Below, one piece after another: positions 55,801-64,000 of a stretch of 64,000 nt of DNA. A program made the translations under genes and the position numbers. The notes beneath the pieces were generated by a model. That model made no database searches. It had not been told where the DNA came from and worked only from the letters and a program-made list of their open reading frames with translations. Each line of letters begins with the position of its first letter. Within the stretch, counting starts at the first letter, position 1. The stretch is from Nageia nagi. Its lineage: Eukaryota > Plantae > Pinophyta. The stretch is from positions 17,298,001 to 17,362,000 of the forward strand of contig JBITNC010000002.1 in assembly GCA_050084985.1 (NCBI GenBank), written 5' to 3'.

Positions 55801-56445
55801 CCCTCTTACATTGGTGATATTTAAAAAACTCTTGATAGGTCCTACAATGCAATAAGGTTAAAGGACGTTAAATGTTGACTTTACCTTTACTTTTATTTAT
55901 ATCTAAGATTGATTTAATATAAGCTGTGACATAAAGATATTTGACTGAAAACAAAAGTAAATAGGTAAAATCAACATTTAATGTCCTTTAAACCTATTGG
56001 TTTTGTAGAGTCTATCAAGAGCTTTCAAATATCACCAATGTAGGGGGTGGAAGTTGAACATGAGACTTTCAATGTAGGTGCCTTCATGCCTCACTTGTCT
56101 CCCAACTCCCCTAACAAATTGTAAAACTAGTAAACTCCACAAGACTTTCTCAAATACTGCATACAATTGTCACTTCAACAAGCTTTCTTTCTTTCTTGCC
56201 TCTTAAGTTCTTCAAGTATAGGTCTTAAGCAAGTGGATTGAATGAGAAAGGAAGCATCTTTATTAAAATTGTAGACCTGATATATTATATTGATGTGTTC
56301 TGCAAATTCACTATTAATCAAAATCTGAAATTTGCAGGGACCTGAACAAAATGCTTTAGGAAATCTCTTGGTGTTATTCGTGCTTCTGGGACTAACTGCT
56401 GGTGCTACTAGTGCTTGGTTGTGGCTGATTGGTAAAGGGTGGTAA
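13796..56445 (+). CDS. ENT3: Equilibrative nucleoside transporter, ENT3-like, 423 aa; join(13796..13855,13997..14101,19284..19439,19688..19831,19938..20043,31325..31497,31621..31781,55405..55663,56338..56445)
   Basis: Manually spliced. All 8 introns are GT-AG with compatible phases (0,0,0,0,1,0,2,0), giving 1272 nt with no internal stop. Plant ENT motifs are present: NSMLTIEDYY, DYHPSRVLTLVYQPF, VQGG, KAASEGSKTVTADLAAGG, LSIFPGFLSEDTG, YNFGDLIGR, GLSNGY, GPEQNALGNLLV, C-terminal WLWLIGKGW. The exact subfamily assignment (ENT3 vs other ENT3-7 clade members) is unverified. Confidence 0.95.
13997..14101 (+). CDS. ENT3: ENT coding exon 2 (TM1: GTNAAYAICWLLGVGCLFPLNSMLTIEDYYQYVFP)
   Basis: Acceptor AACAG|GGA, donor CCT|GTAAGT; 35 codons matching ENT TM1. 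Confidence 0.93.
14314..16070 (-). mobile_element. Ty1/Copia 3' fragment (RT-RNase H, PPT, 3' LTR ~14314-14815) in intron 2
   Basis: Frameshifted ORFs with QMDVKIAFLNG, KSLYGLKKAPRAWY, YVDDL, GYSNSDFDGD and KNPTFHDQTKYI. PPT GGATTATGGGGGGAT precedes TGTTAG. The left LTR end is approximate. Confidence 0.9.
16071..17479 (-). mobile_element. Second Copia 3' fragment (RNase H end, 3' UTR, LTR 16071-16550) abutting the first
   Basis: ORF 17288..17479 (AKNPVFHQRTKHVEIHAHFIKEKV...SADLFTKP). PPT-like TTAAAAGGGAA before TGTTCG. TG...CA-bounded 480-bp LTR that interrupts the RT of the first Copia. Confidence 0.8.
17814..18260 (+). mobile_element. L1-type LINE ORF2 remnant
   Basis: GKQLSSGGGLPLLKTTLQ...YTISLFNMPNKVENNIATIQKKFL resembles the post-RT region of plant L1. 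Confidence 0.7.
19284..19439 (+). CDS. ENT3: ENT coding exon 3 (DYHPSRVLTLVYQPF...FTVLV)
   Basis: Acceptor TACAG|GAC, donor GTT|GTGAGT; lies in ORF 19200..19457. Confidence 0.96.
19688..19831 (+). CDS. ENT3: ENT coding exon 4 (LDLATHGNGG...VQGGIFGDLSFMDPDFIQ)
   Basis: Acceptor AACAG|CTG, donor CAG|GTTAGA; 48 codons. Confidence 0.95.
19938..20043 (+). CDS. ENT3: ENT coding exon 5 (SFTAGLGASGAVISALRFVTK...GLRKGA)
   Basis: Acceptor TTGCAG|TCT, donor T|GTAAGT, phase 1. Confidence 0.95.
20461..20985 (+). mobile_element. Probable solo LTR
   Basis: Starts TGTTGG, has internal TATAAAT motifs, and is flanked on both sides by AGTTT (within a longer AAGAGTTTTG repeat). The 3' CA is not preserved. Confidence 0.45.
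22130..25407 (-). mobile_element. Long Gypsy-type LTR-like sequence with internal degenerate tandem repeats
   Basis: The left 70 bp is shared with 27790. The right terminus GGGGCATGTTGTGCAGGCACAACA is shared with 44482 and, inverted, with 33336. Recurrent (A)CATGCGACC / GGTCGCATGG motifs occur at 23750-25220. Confidence 0.6.
26120..27650 (-). mobile_element. Retroelement 3' fragment: RNase H-like motif, then an extra degenerate ORF, then an (AT)n/A tail (LINE-like)
   Basis: HTREGNVLEAD in ORF 27327..27641. ORFs 26965..27204 and 26555..26896 (ITLD...GYHLAILNH...VNVPYFL...HQGL) resemble retroelement accessory ORFs. The simple-repeat tail is at 26117-26133. Confidence 0.6.
27790..29683. mobile_element. 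LTR-like sequence(s) bounded by TGTAGACA...TGTCTACA, probably with a nested second LTR ending at 29571
   Basis: Terminal inverted 8-mer, an internal CATTACA terminus, and ~30-bp tandem repeats (TAGTGGTAGATCCCAAATGGATCT) at 28885-29015. Confidence 0.55.
30386..30489. mobile_element. 104-bp hAT-type MITE
   Basis: Perfect 8-bp TSD GTGTCCAT (30378-85, 30490-97). Imperfect TIR CTAGCATACAGGGTAC / GTACCATGTGATCTAG. Internal GTACTCGT repeats. Confidence 0.85.
31325..31497 (+). CDS. ENT3: ENT coding exon 6 (LFFSISALYELFC...KAASEGSKTVTADLAAGGVEVSFQN)
   Basis: Acceptor GGCAG|TG (phase 1), donor AAT|GTAATG. An in-frame alternative donor GAA|GTATCC at 31483 is possible. Confidence 0.93.
31621..31781 (+). 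CDS. ENT3: ENT coding exon 7 (DIEKSK...LSIFPGFLSEDTGKHGLGSW)
   Basis: Acceptor TGTAG|GAT, donor TG|GTGAGC, phase 2. Confidence 0.95.
31880..32121 (-). mobile_element. hAT transposase remnant, distal half of the BED-finger exon split by the LINE
   Basis: Minus strand reads GNDVRLCSKVLIDVERKCNAIL, continuing the BED finger at 51800-51970. Confidence 0.7.
33336..35120 (+). mobile_element. Gypsy-type long LTR-like fragment
   Basis: The 5' terminus TGTATTTTGCCCACACAACACACCCTAAAATT...GAGGACCC is the inverse of the termini at 25407 and 44482. Repeated TCGCACCAT-like motifs. Confidence 0.55.
35120..38085 (-). mobile_element. Ty3/Gypsy element fragment: gag plus aspartic protease, no RT/RH/INT, then PPT and 3' LTR starting at 35392
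   Basis: Retrotrans_gag-like ORF 37390..37917 (WLQKLQTYF...AYDWWHHGL). Zinc knuckle CFTCKSSWKPSHHC. Protease LLIDGGETQNFID. 3' end GGGCAGGGTGGACT|TGTAATGTCCC. Confidence 0.85.
38086..41690 (+). mobile_element. LTR retroelement 5' part: 1580-bp LTR (38086-39665), tRNA-Met PBS and an atypical internal ORF
   Basis: TGTAACATCCCC...GGGGATTTTACA termini; perfect PBS TGGTATCAGAGC at 39667-39678; 398-codon ORF 39989..41185; inserted into the gag region of the minus-strand Gypsy. Confidence 0.85.
41690..44482 (-). mobile_element. Long Gypsy-type LTR-like sequence with degenerate tandem repeats
   Basis: Terminus GGGGCGTTTTGTGTAAACACAACA at 44482; many CATGTGACCA / GCATCTTT motifs; same family style as 22130-25407. 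Confidence 0.6.
45633..48295 (-). mobile_element. hAT DNA transposon (2663 bp), defective, with internal deletion
   Basis: Perfect 8-bp TSD CTTTACTT (45625-32, 48296-303). Imperfect TIRs CCAGGTTACAC / CAGGGTTCCAC. CpG-rich GGAGCG subterminal repeats. Encodes a transposase. Confidence 0.93.
46117..48030 (-). pseudogene. hAT transposase pseudogene (DUF659-like core plus hAT dimerisation domain), exons ~48030-47806, 47677-47259, 47169-46990, 46899-46566, 46464-46117
   Basis: Motifs SIVMDRWTD, VVQ|VITDA, WTPCCVH, PAETRYAT, AAHALNP, WWDLYG, LSQ|VGSSSVAERNWS. Four GT-AG introns. In-frame stops, and the N-terminal BED finger is missing. Confidence 0.9.
50846..51743 (+). mobile_element. Solo LTR (898 bp) inside the LINE 3' end
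   Basis: TGCAATGTCCC...GGGGCATTACA inverted termini; 5-bp TSD ACTTT/ACTTC. Confidence 0.88.
51800..53037 (-). mobile_element. 5' end of a second hAT element with BED zinc finger
   Basis: Terminus CATAGTAGCAAAA at 53037 with GACTC/GAGT subterminal repeats. Minus strand reads MTGRKDPTWIY...CNFCGEIF, then (frameshift) SINYLKYHLARKKGNDVRLCSK. Confidence 0.75.
52039..52610. repeat. ~119-bp tandem repeat, about 4.8 copies
   Basis: TGAAACC(C/T)TAGTTTAA recurs at ~52039, 52150, 52269, 52388 and 52507; the central copies are nearly identical. Confidence 0.95.
53038..53470 (+). mobile_element. Copia RNase H remnant with PPT
   Basis: SSRKQSMVALSSKEVEY...FCDNQSAIQIAQNPV...HIDLQFHFIRD, ADIFTKG, then ATCAAGGGGA. 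Confidence 0.85.
55047..55416 (+). repeat. Tandem duplication (189 and ~182 bp) spanning the intron 7 3' end and the first 12 nt of exon 8
   Basis: Both copies run TTAAAATTTTGAA...TGACTTCAATTTTA..ACAGGTATGCTATCAC; copy 2 lacks a 7-bp segment. Confidence 0.95.
55405..55663 (+). CDS. ENT3: ENT coding exon 8 (YAITLIAMYNFGDLIGR...GLSNGY...APKGYK)
   Basis: Acceptor CACAG|G TAT (phase 2), donor AAG|GTTGGC; overlaps ORF 55418..55705. Confidence 0.95.
55734..56116. mobile_element. Foldback MITE in intron 8
   Basis: ~160-bp imperfect inverted arms (TGTTAGAGGAGTTGGGAGA / TCTCCCAACTCCCCTAACA; TACATTGGTGATATTT / AAATATCACCAATGTA). No clear TSD. Confidence 0.88.
56338..56445 (+). CDS. ENT3: ENT last coding exon (GPEQNALGNLLV...WLWLIGKGW*)
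   Basis: Acceptor TTTGCAG|GGA, stop TAA at 56443-56445. Confidence 0.96.
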   Translation, partial: GPEQNALGNLLVLFVLLGLTAGATSAWLWLIGKGW

Positions 56446-56841
56446 ATGCTGTAATTCTTATGGCATGGAGATTGAGCTGATGAAGTTGCTGAATATATAT
56501 ATAATTTAAATCGTTGATTCACAAGGTTGCTTTTGTCAAAGGATTTGTTAATATTTGATCTTTAATTTTCGTTAACTATTTATTCTCTTGTGAATCTTGC
56601 TATCTCATTAATAATATCCTCTTGCATACTTCTTGTTACTGCACTTCCTTGTGCACTTGTTTTGTATGCTTCATGGCTACTACACTTACTTCCCCTTTGC
56701 ATGCCCACATCTCTATAGTAATTTTGTGCTTTATTGTGTCTTTGTTTTTTTTGTATTTATAGACAATCACAAGAATTAAGTTTTATTAGGTTTAAATGAA
56801 TTTTTTTGTCAAAGTATTAAACCTCAAAACTTAGTCAAAAA

Positions 56842-57257
56842 CATAGTTGCAAGAAACACGACGGTAGAATGCCGTTTTGCTTTTTACGACCCTGCAACGG
56901 CAACGCGATGGAAAATGCTGTCGCAAACGGAAAATCCTGTCTTCCACAAAAGGAGCAATGTTTCTCCTTGTTTTCATACCGTTTACAGCTCCGTTTTGCT
57001 ATATTATTTATCTTTTTCGGAAAATGGCAAGGCAAACCATGGCGATTCTCTCTCGTGAGCGCATTCCGAGTGATTTTTCTTAGTTATAATTTACAGTTTT
57101 TCCGGTCCACTTTCAAATTTTTTTGAATTTGTAAAGCAAATTATCCTATCAAAATTTTAAATATTTTTTTAAAAATAAAATAATAGCGCAACTTAAATTT
57201 TTGTCGTTTCTCGTTACGTTGTCATTGCCGTCTAGTTTCTCTTTTCTTGCAACTATG
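56842..57257. mobile_element. hAT-type MITE (416 bp) downstream of the ENT stop
   Basis: Perfect 15-bp TIR CATAGTTGCAAGAAA; perfect 8-bp TSD GTCAAAAA; CpG-rich. Confidence 0.95.
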
Positions 57258-57599
57258 GTCAAAAATATCAAAATGCAATAACATCATCAAAAGTTCTATA
57301 AAAATTAAGTTTCATATCTTTGACCCTTTAGACATTCAAGTTTTATAATAATCACATCATCAAACATGTCAAAACTCTAATTTCGGTAATTCAAAAATTC
57401 AACGATTAATCACTTACTTTAATTTTTTCAGATTTTGTTAACTTATCATCCCTCGACAAATTAATTTTATATTTATCATTTAAATTTAAAGTGATAAATT
57501 TATTACCTAAATTTAATAAATATTTCTTAAATAAATTTAAATTTAAATTTATTAAAATAAAACTTTAATCACTTATTATTTTAAATTTTATATATATAT

Positions 57600-57690
57600 G
57601 CCCCGGTGGGGGTACTACAGTGGTAAGGCCTTGAGGCCATGCAATAGTCATAGGCTGGTCCGAGTTCTATTCACTAAAGTGTGTGTATAA
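57600..57690 (+). mobile_element. Possible tRNA-derived SINE head
   Basis: GC island in AT-rich DNA with A-box-like TACAGTGGTA and B-box-like GAGTTCTATTC; no convincing cloverleaf. Confidence 0.35.
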
Positions 57691-57778
57691 TTTAAATATA
57701 ATAATATTTAATAAATTATATTTATTTATTAAATAAAATAATATAAAATACATTTATTAAAATTATGTACTTGTTATC

Positions 57779-58138
57779 TCTTTATTTAAATAAAATATAA
57801 AATTTATATTTATTATTTCTAATTTATTAAATTAAATTAAATTAAATTTATTAAATTAAATTAAATTTATTTAATAAATATTTAAATGATAATTGAATTT
57901 ATTTAATATGTATTTAGATGTAACTCTATGTATTTTTTCTTGTTGGAATTTTGGGTTTCTTTTTTCCAATTTCTCTATTTAAATAAAATAGAAAATTTAT
58001 ATTTATCATTTCTAAATTTATGAAATTAAATTAAATTTATTTAATAAACATTTAAATGATATTTAAATTTATTTAATATTTAGATGTAATTCTATATATA
58101 TTTTCTTGTTGAAACTTTGGGTTTCTTTTTTTCCACTT
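57779..58138. repeat. AT-rich tandem duplication (~195 and ~165 bp)
   Basis: Two copies of TATTTAAATAAAATA...TTTAGATGTAA.TCTAT...TTGGGTTTCTTTTTTTCCA. Confidence 0.85.
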
Positions 58139-61100
58139 TAGAGTTTTAACTCACCTACTTTTCTTGAACTCTTCTAACATCTTTGGATAGCACTATGTAT
58201 TTTTTTATTATTAATAATGTAAAAAAGAATGATGCAATTTATCTAAAATCATATTTTTTTTACCTCATAATTGTCAAATCATTGATCCAAACCAAAAATG
58301 TGCGAGTCCATATTTTAAGAATATGTTCAGAACACATTCTTTCTTTTTTGTTTCATTAGAATCATAAAACAACCTAAGGCCTCGAAAAGGATTCACAATC
58401 TTCATGTAAAGCAATAATATCATTAATCTAAAAAATCTCAATTGTTCTCGAATCATACTCAAGCTAACATACTTAGAACCTCTAAGATAGCTGATTTTTT
58501 ATTAAAAATGGTAGCGTCATTAATTTAAAAGGCTCATTTGCCATGAAATAAAAACCAATTTAATGGATTAGCGTGCCATGAAATCAAATTATGGTTAGGA
58601 GTGTCTGTCATCTATAATACTACTCTAGTGTAATTGAAATTAATAATTGATTATTATACTTGGTAGAACTTTTATTTTTCATTGCCATGGATCTTTCATG
58701 CTTGGATTGATTAGTATTCTTGTTTTTATCTCATACTAGTATAATGATTATCTATAATTTTTTAATGTAGAAAAAGGTGATGGGACTATATGGCATTGAT
58801 CATACCAAGTAGTTTGGATATTGAGCTTTTCTAGTAACCACTTCACCCTTACATCCGATGCACTTTACCCTTGTAAGTGATGCATTTTTTATATCTTATG
58901 TATAAATAAGAGATTTTTAGAGTTTAACTTTTGAGAATAAGTTCATATTGAGATTATAATACAATCATTTTTTTCTTTTTTGCCTACTTTACAAAGACAT
59001 TAGACAAATTTACAAAGATATTTGTAATTAAAGCTTGATCCACAAATTCTTAAACCAAGGCGATTAAAACAAGCTTAATGATTTTATTATACAACTTAAT
59101 TATGTGAAAAACAATCATTTAAATACTTAATTGATATATTTTTAATTCTATACAAACTTTGATAGATTCTACAAACCAATAGGTTTAAAAAGACACACAA
59201 AGACTTATTTATTTATCTAATTCAAAGTTGTTTAACTTCTTCTAATTAATGTTGTTGGATGTGTTCATTAATTAGAATGTTGTGAATGAAAGTTTTCCTC
59301 TATTTTGATTGTTTAAGGTATGCATGTAGTTAACATTTTCTTTTTGGTATTGATTCTATTAACATAAAGCCAAAGAATAATATTATATTTATTCTAGTTG
59401 TTTAATTTATATTTATTTTTAAAAATATTCACATCATAATTTATCTTGAAGTAAATTGTTAGAATCAAAATGTATATTTTTAGACTAATTTTATATTTGT
59501 TCTAGTTGATTAACTTGTTAATTTTAAGACTATAAGCACTCAAATTTGCATTGAGATAAATTGCTAGTCATAAATTCACTTCTTGTTTGTCTAGCTCTTT
59601 CCTCTCTTTCTCTTTCATCTTTTCTTTTCTTTTTTTGCATCCTTATTTCAAGAAAACTTAGGAGTATACTTATGGTAGATGTTTATTTAAGTTATTATTT
59701 CATTCAAATATAATGTAGTTAAGCAAAGGTAAGTTAATAGTATACTTCTTAACATGGTTGATAGGAATAGCTTACACTTTTAGTAAAATATTTTTAGAAG
59801 TGTTTTGCGATCTTTCTAACACATTTAATGAAGTTTTGAATTACTAATACATATGTTTAAAAGATAAAAGTAGACCATCTTAATTGATGACTTTGTAAAT
59901 AAAAATTGCTTTTAGAATTGATGTCGATAAGATCTAAAGCCTAAAAGCTTGACATCAATATAAAACAACTATGCAATTTCCATGAATTACCATCCTCTAC
60001 TTCAAAAGATAGAAGAAGAGAGACCATTAGATTTAAATACTTTATTTGGCATACTTTGCTTTAAATAATAGTTAGTTGAAGGTTATATGTAGCATAGAAT
60101 AATGTTAGATATCTTAATATTGCTAATTCAAAAAATCTACTTGATGTTTCTCTTAAAGATTTACATTTATATGATGGCATTGATAAGACAAGATATGAAC
60201 ATTGCAAGATGTTGTAGCTCTGACTACTATCCACAACAATACTCATGAAGATGTGTAAAATAATTGCTATTTTTTTTAATTGAGGGAAATTCCTAGCATA
60301 ATAATATTTAGCAAGTGGATCTATTATAAATTGGAACGAATTAGTTGAACTTTGTACAAGATATTTCAACGAGACAAGTGATCCTTTCTCACCTTTTACT
60401 TGATAGGTTTGAAATGAGGGTTGGCGTAGGATGGGATAGTTGATGATTAGACAAATGGGAGAAAGGGATGATCGAGGATACAATCTAGGGTTAAGTATAC
60501 TCTAGGTAATTATTTTTGTGGATCATATGGTAAGAAGGGAAATGATGAATGGGAATAAACAAGGGTGTAATTGAGTGACAGTGGGATCATAAAATGGACC
60601 ATGAGGATCTTAAGAGAAAGACTTAGTCATGGTGCAACCATCTCCAACATCAAACTCAACAACATTATCATGAGTTATGCCTTCCACATCATGAGAAAGG
60701 TTATGAGATGACATGCTTATGCTCTAGCTTAACTTCTAGTTGAGAGAGAGAGGCAGTGGAGTGTGTCTCTTTCTATTCATTTTTTATAGCAATAACTAAC
60801 TACTTATTTTAGTTTGTTTGATTTGGATTCTTTTGTTTTATATTTGTAAGATTTTTTATTTTTTTTAGTTTTTTAGACTTAACGATATATTAAGTACTTT
60901 GTGATTTTATGTTTAGTACCCCTAGACTCTATAGAAAGTAAATGGGTGAGATCTAAAGGTGTGTCCACACAAGCAAGCTCCATAATATATCTGAAAGTAT
61001 GTGGAGAGGGCTATGTGTATGAATGGTCAATGGCTACCCAAGGTGAGGGTGGCTTAGGGTACCTAAGAATGAAAAACCTCTACTATCCCTATTAGGGTAT

Positions 61101-61473
61101 GCAATAGGTGATATTGTCTAAGACTTGCTTGAGGGGAAATGCCCCATCACTACTCCCTCATTCGGACTTGATAAAGAAAAATAGTTATATGCTCATAGTT
61201 TCTATAACCTTGTGAATATGGGATTTATCCTAGCTTACCATGAGATAATCCCAAAGGTAGTTAGTTTCTTAATGATGAAATCTAGCAATGTATATGAAAT
61301 TAATTATGGTGTTAATCGATAGTTAGTGATGAAATCCAACATCGTTGATATGTATTAACAAAAGTGTGTAAAAAAAATTATACTAATATGTATTTGTTCC
61401 TTTTAATTTTTAAGAAAATAAAGAATGAAACTAAAACCCACGAAGAAATCAAATCTAACTAAAATGTACTAAC

Positions 61474-61630
61474 AAACCTATCCTAGAGATGAAAGTACAA
61501 ATTGTCTCTAGTCTAAGTGTAAAAATCAAAACCTATCCTAGGGATGAAAATGCAAATTGTTTATAGTCTAAGTGCAAAAATTAAAACCTATTTTAGGAAT
61601 GGAAATTTTGATTTATCTAAGATGTAAAAT
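61474..61630. repeat. ~56-bp tandem repeat, about 3 copies
   Basis: Recurrent AAACCTATCCTAG.GATGAAA...AGTCTAAGTG. Confidence 0.8.
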
Positions 61631-62460
61631 AAAGAGAAGCTACCTATGAAATGAAAGTTTAAATTTGACTAACCTAAATGTAGGAAATCACACTATACCA
61701 AAAATGGGCTTTGGAGGCAAGCAATTTTAGGCAGTTTTTGGGAGGCAATTTTTAACTACCTCAATTTAAGGTTTTAGTGGTAGTTTTTGTGGGCCAGTTA
61801 CAAGCTACCACCAAAAAAACATAATGAGGTGGCATAAAACTGCCCCTTAATTGAAATAAAAATAAAAAATAATAAAAGGCATGTAGGGGGAACCTATGCA
61901 AGCACTTGGAATGTTTTCTTCATTTCAAGTTTTTTTGATTTTCCAATTAATGGGTTAGAGGAGAGCAAGGGACGTTTTGTAGAGGCAAGATGAGAGGAGA
62001 TGAGGTGAGACAAGGGGATATAGGGTGAGATAAGGTGCAAGCTAAGAAAGTATTTTTTTAGTCTATGACCTTGTATTTTTTGTAGTCCTTGACCTTGTAT
62101 TCCTTTGAATATTGCACATATGTTTTTTTCTTGTATTATTTCTACATTTTTTAGAAATCTCATTTTTTATGTATCCTATAATCAATAAAGCCATGAAATT
62201 ATGTTTACATAATGCATCTTATCAAATACATTTTGGTTTTTGTGTATTCTTCCATATTTTTCATGTGTCTAAGGGCTTTTTTAGAAAACTCATTTTGTAT
62301 GTATCCTGCAATCATTGCAGAATATAAAATTATTTTTACATCATGTATCTTATCAAATAATTCTCAAGTTTTGTGTATTCTTCCATATTTTTTATACATG
62401 TCTATCAGGTCACTCACAACTATGATATACAATTTACAAGCACCAAGTAGACAGATCCAT

Positions 62461-64000
62461 TGTGATGACCTAAAATCATCCTCAGCAAGAATAACTCCAC
62501 TACGGTATTCAAACCCTAAACCAATGAAGAAAACACACCCACGTTGGGTCCCTAGGGCACCCAAGGAAACTATAATGCAGATGTGAGCCTCTTAAGGCCT
62601 CCACACAACCCCTACACCCTAACATCAGCCCTCTAGGGCACACACCAACACTTGGCACCTCAATGAATGCCTCATAGATGAATATGCAATGCTTAAACAC
62701 CCACGAATGCAATAAAGCTTCCTACACTAGTATACAAGAGACACACACACATACATAAATAATGCACAACATAATGGAGAGAGACATAAGCTATATTTTA
62801 TTATGGAATGGTATGGAGTATAATGAGGATCTTAATATCTAGATCTAGAGTTCCAAACCCTCTACTAGTCGAATACCAAAGGGAAGACTGACTCCCTCAG
62901 ACTTTGAATCCTCTCCTATTAAGGAGCCTCCTCAAACCTTGGCGACCACTGAAGGTAGAAGCTCACCCTCGAAATACCACTGAATGGACTAGGTGACCCA
63001 CCTAAGTTGTAGAATGCTAGGCTCCCAACCTTGTCACTCCTCTAGATGTCATCTAGGAATAATGCTTAGCATCGCTAAGACCTATATGCCTAATTGGGTT
63101 TAGTATAGAAGAAGTATAATCAATAGCTAACCTTCTCATGGAGCTCCATCCTTAATATGCAGCCTCATGTGTCTATCCATCATACCTTGTTATCATCCCA
63201 AGCCAAGTCTATTCTAACGTTGGGGTCAACAAGTCAACCATGCCAACGTGGGGGTCATATTGGTCCAGTATGCCAACATGGGGATCCTATTGGCCTAGTA
63301 TGCTAACGTGGGATTCTCATGGGGTCATAGAGGCCCTCAAGGCTAATGTGTAATCTAATGGGCCTCCTTAAGCTTACATGGGGGTCCAGGTGACCTCATA
63401 AGCCAATGTGGGGTCAGTGGGACCCTCCTAATGCTGGTGTATCCTTCTACTCACTCTAGACTATACAGGACTCATGCCTATGTAGGGATTCCCATAATAT
63501 GGGATAACCCATTACAAACTAATACAACACTACTCAAGGGAGATGTCCCATTACTAAGTTCACAATGGGGTCCACAGACCATAAGCTCCTGGTTGAGTTA
63601 CACATGTACAATATGATCATAAACAAACACTAGATTACAAAGTGACCAAGACACATTTTATCAATGGTCCAAATGGGATGTCACAAAGCCTCCCCTCTTG
63701 AATTGATTTCCCTTAAGTAATGGTAGGAGATAGCTAAGAGTTATTTTCTAATAATCCTTTAGTATCTTTAATTGCACTTTGCTTCTTTAAAAAACCACCC
63801 AGATATCATGTCCCTCTAGTTGAGGTGAGTCTTCAGTGCTGACTAGTCTACTACCCTGCGAACTCATGATGTATCCATGACCATCACTTCTTAGGATATG
63901 TTCATGGATGAATCTCTCTAACCATAGAACTAAGTGTTCTCTTATAAGGAATTGTACCTATAATATCTTGCAAAAAATGATTATCATCACAAAATGTGTT
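62461..64000 (-). mobile_element. LTR retrotransposon 3' end: LTR 62461-63685 plus PPT, with internal sequence running off the window
   Basis: TGTGATGACC...GGGATGTCACA termini; minus-strand PPT CAAGAGGGGAGGCTT adjacent; ~30-bp internal repeats at 63240-63330. Confidence 0.8.

Noticed and set aside
56175-56522. 115-aa antisense ORF over the last ENT exon
   Set aside because: Shadow of the coding exon on the opposite strand, with no motif support.
57600-57690. Functional tRNA gene
   Set aside because: The A- and B-box-like motifs are degenerate and I could not build the acceptor or anticodon stems; at most a SINE relic.
60061-60660. 140-aa ORF as a gene
   Set aside because: No recognisable domain. 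The opposite strand has faint Gypsy integrase-end resemblance, too degraded to call.
61691-61860. CACTA element (CACTATACC terminus with GAGGCAG/AACTGCC subterminal repeats)
   Set aside because: No matching opposite TIR or 3-bp TSD was found, so it is not called as a feature.

Overview
This is an AT-rich, CpG-depleted plant nuclear window with TE-filled introns; that style suggests a conifer or other gymnosperm (inference). It holds one intact host gene, a + strand equilibrative nucleoside transporter (ENT3-like, 423 aa). Its nine coding exons (1,272 nt) span 13796-56445, with GT-AG introns of up to 5.2, 11.3 and 23.6 kb. The rest of what I could identify is mostly transposon material. DNA elements include a MULE-type element with a 9-bp TSD, hAT elements and MITEs with 8-bp TSDs, and foldback elements. 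Retroelements include an inverted pair of old pol-less LTR elements, Copia and Gypsy fragments, solo LTRs, and L1- and RTEX-type LINE remnants. I see no clearly new biological system. The best leads are: (i) a tandem duplication of the exon 8 acceptor that creates an AG|GT decoy or recursive splice site; (ii) a Trp-to-Leu change in the conserved ENT TM1 'WN' motif; (iii) a reconstructable nest of TEs in intron 7, where a LINE splits a hAT BED finger by about 19.7 kb; (iv) pol-less LTR elements sharing an unexplained peptide motif; and (v) a LINE-like 3' end carrying an extra ORF. All coordinates were read by eye, and TE boundaries without a TSD are approximate.
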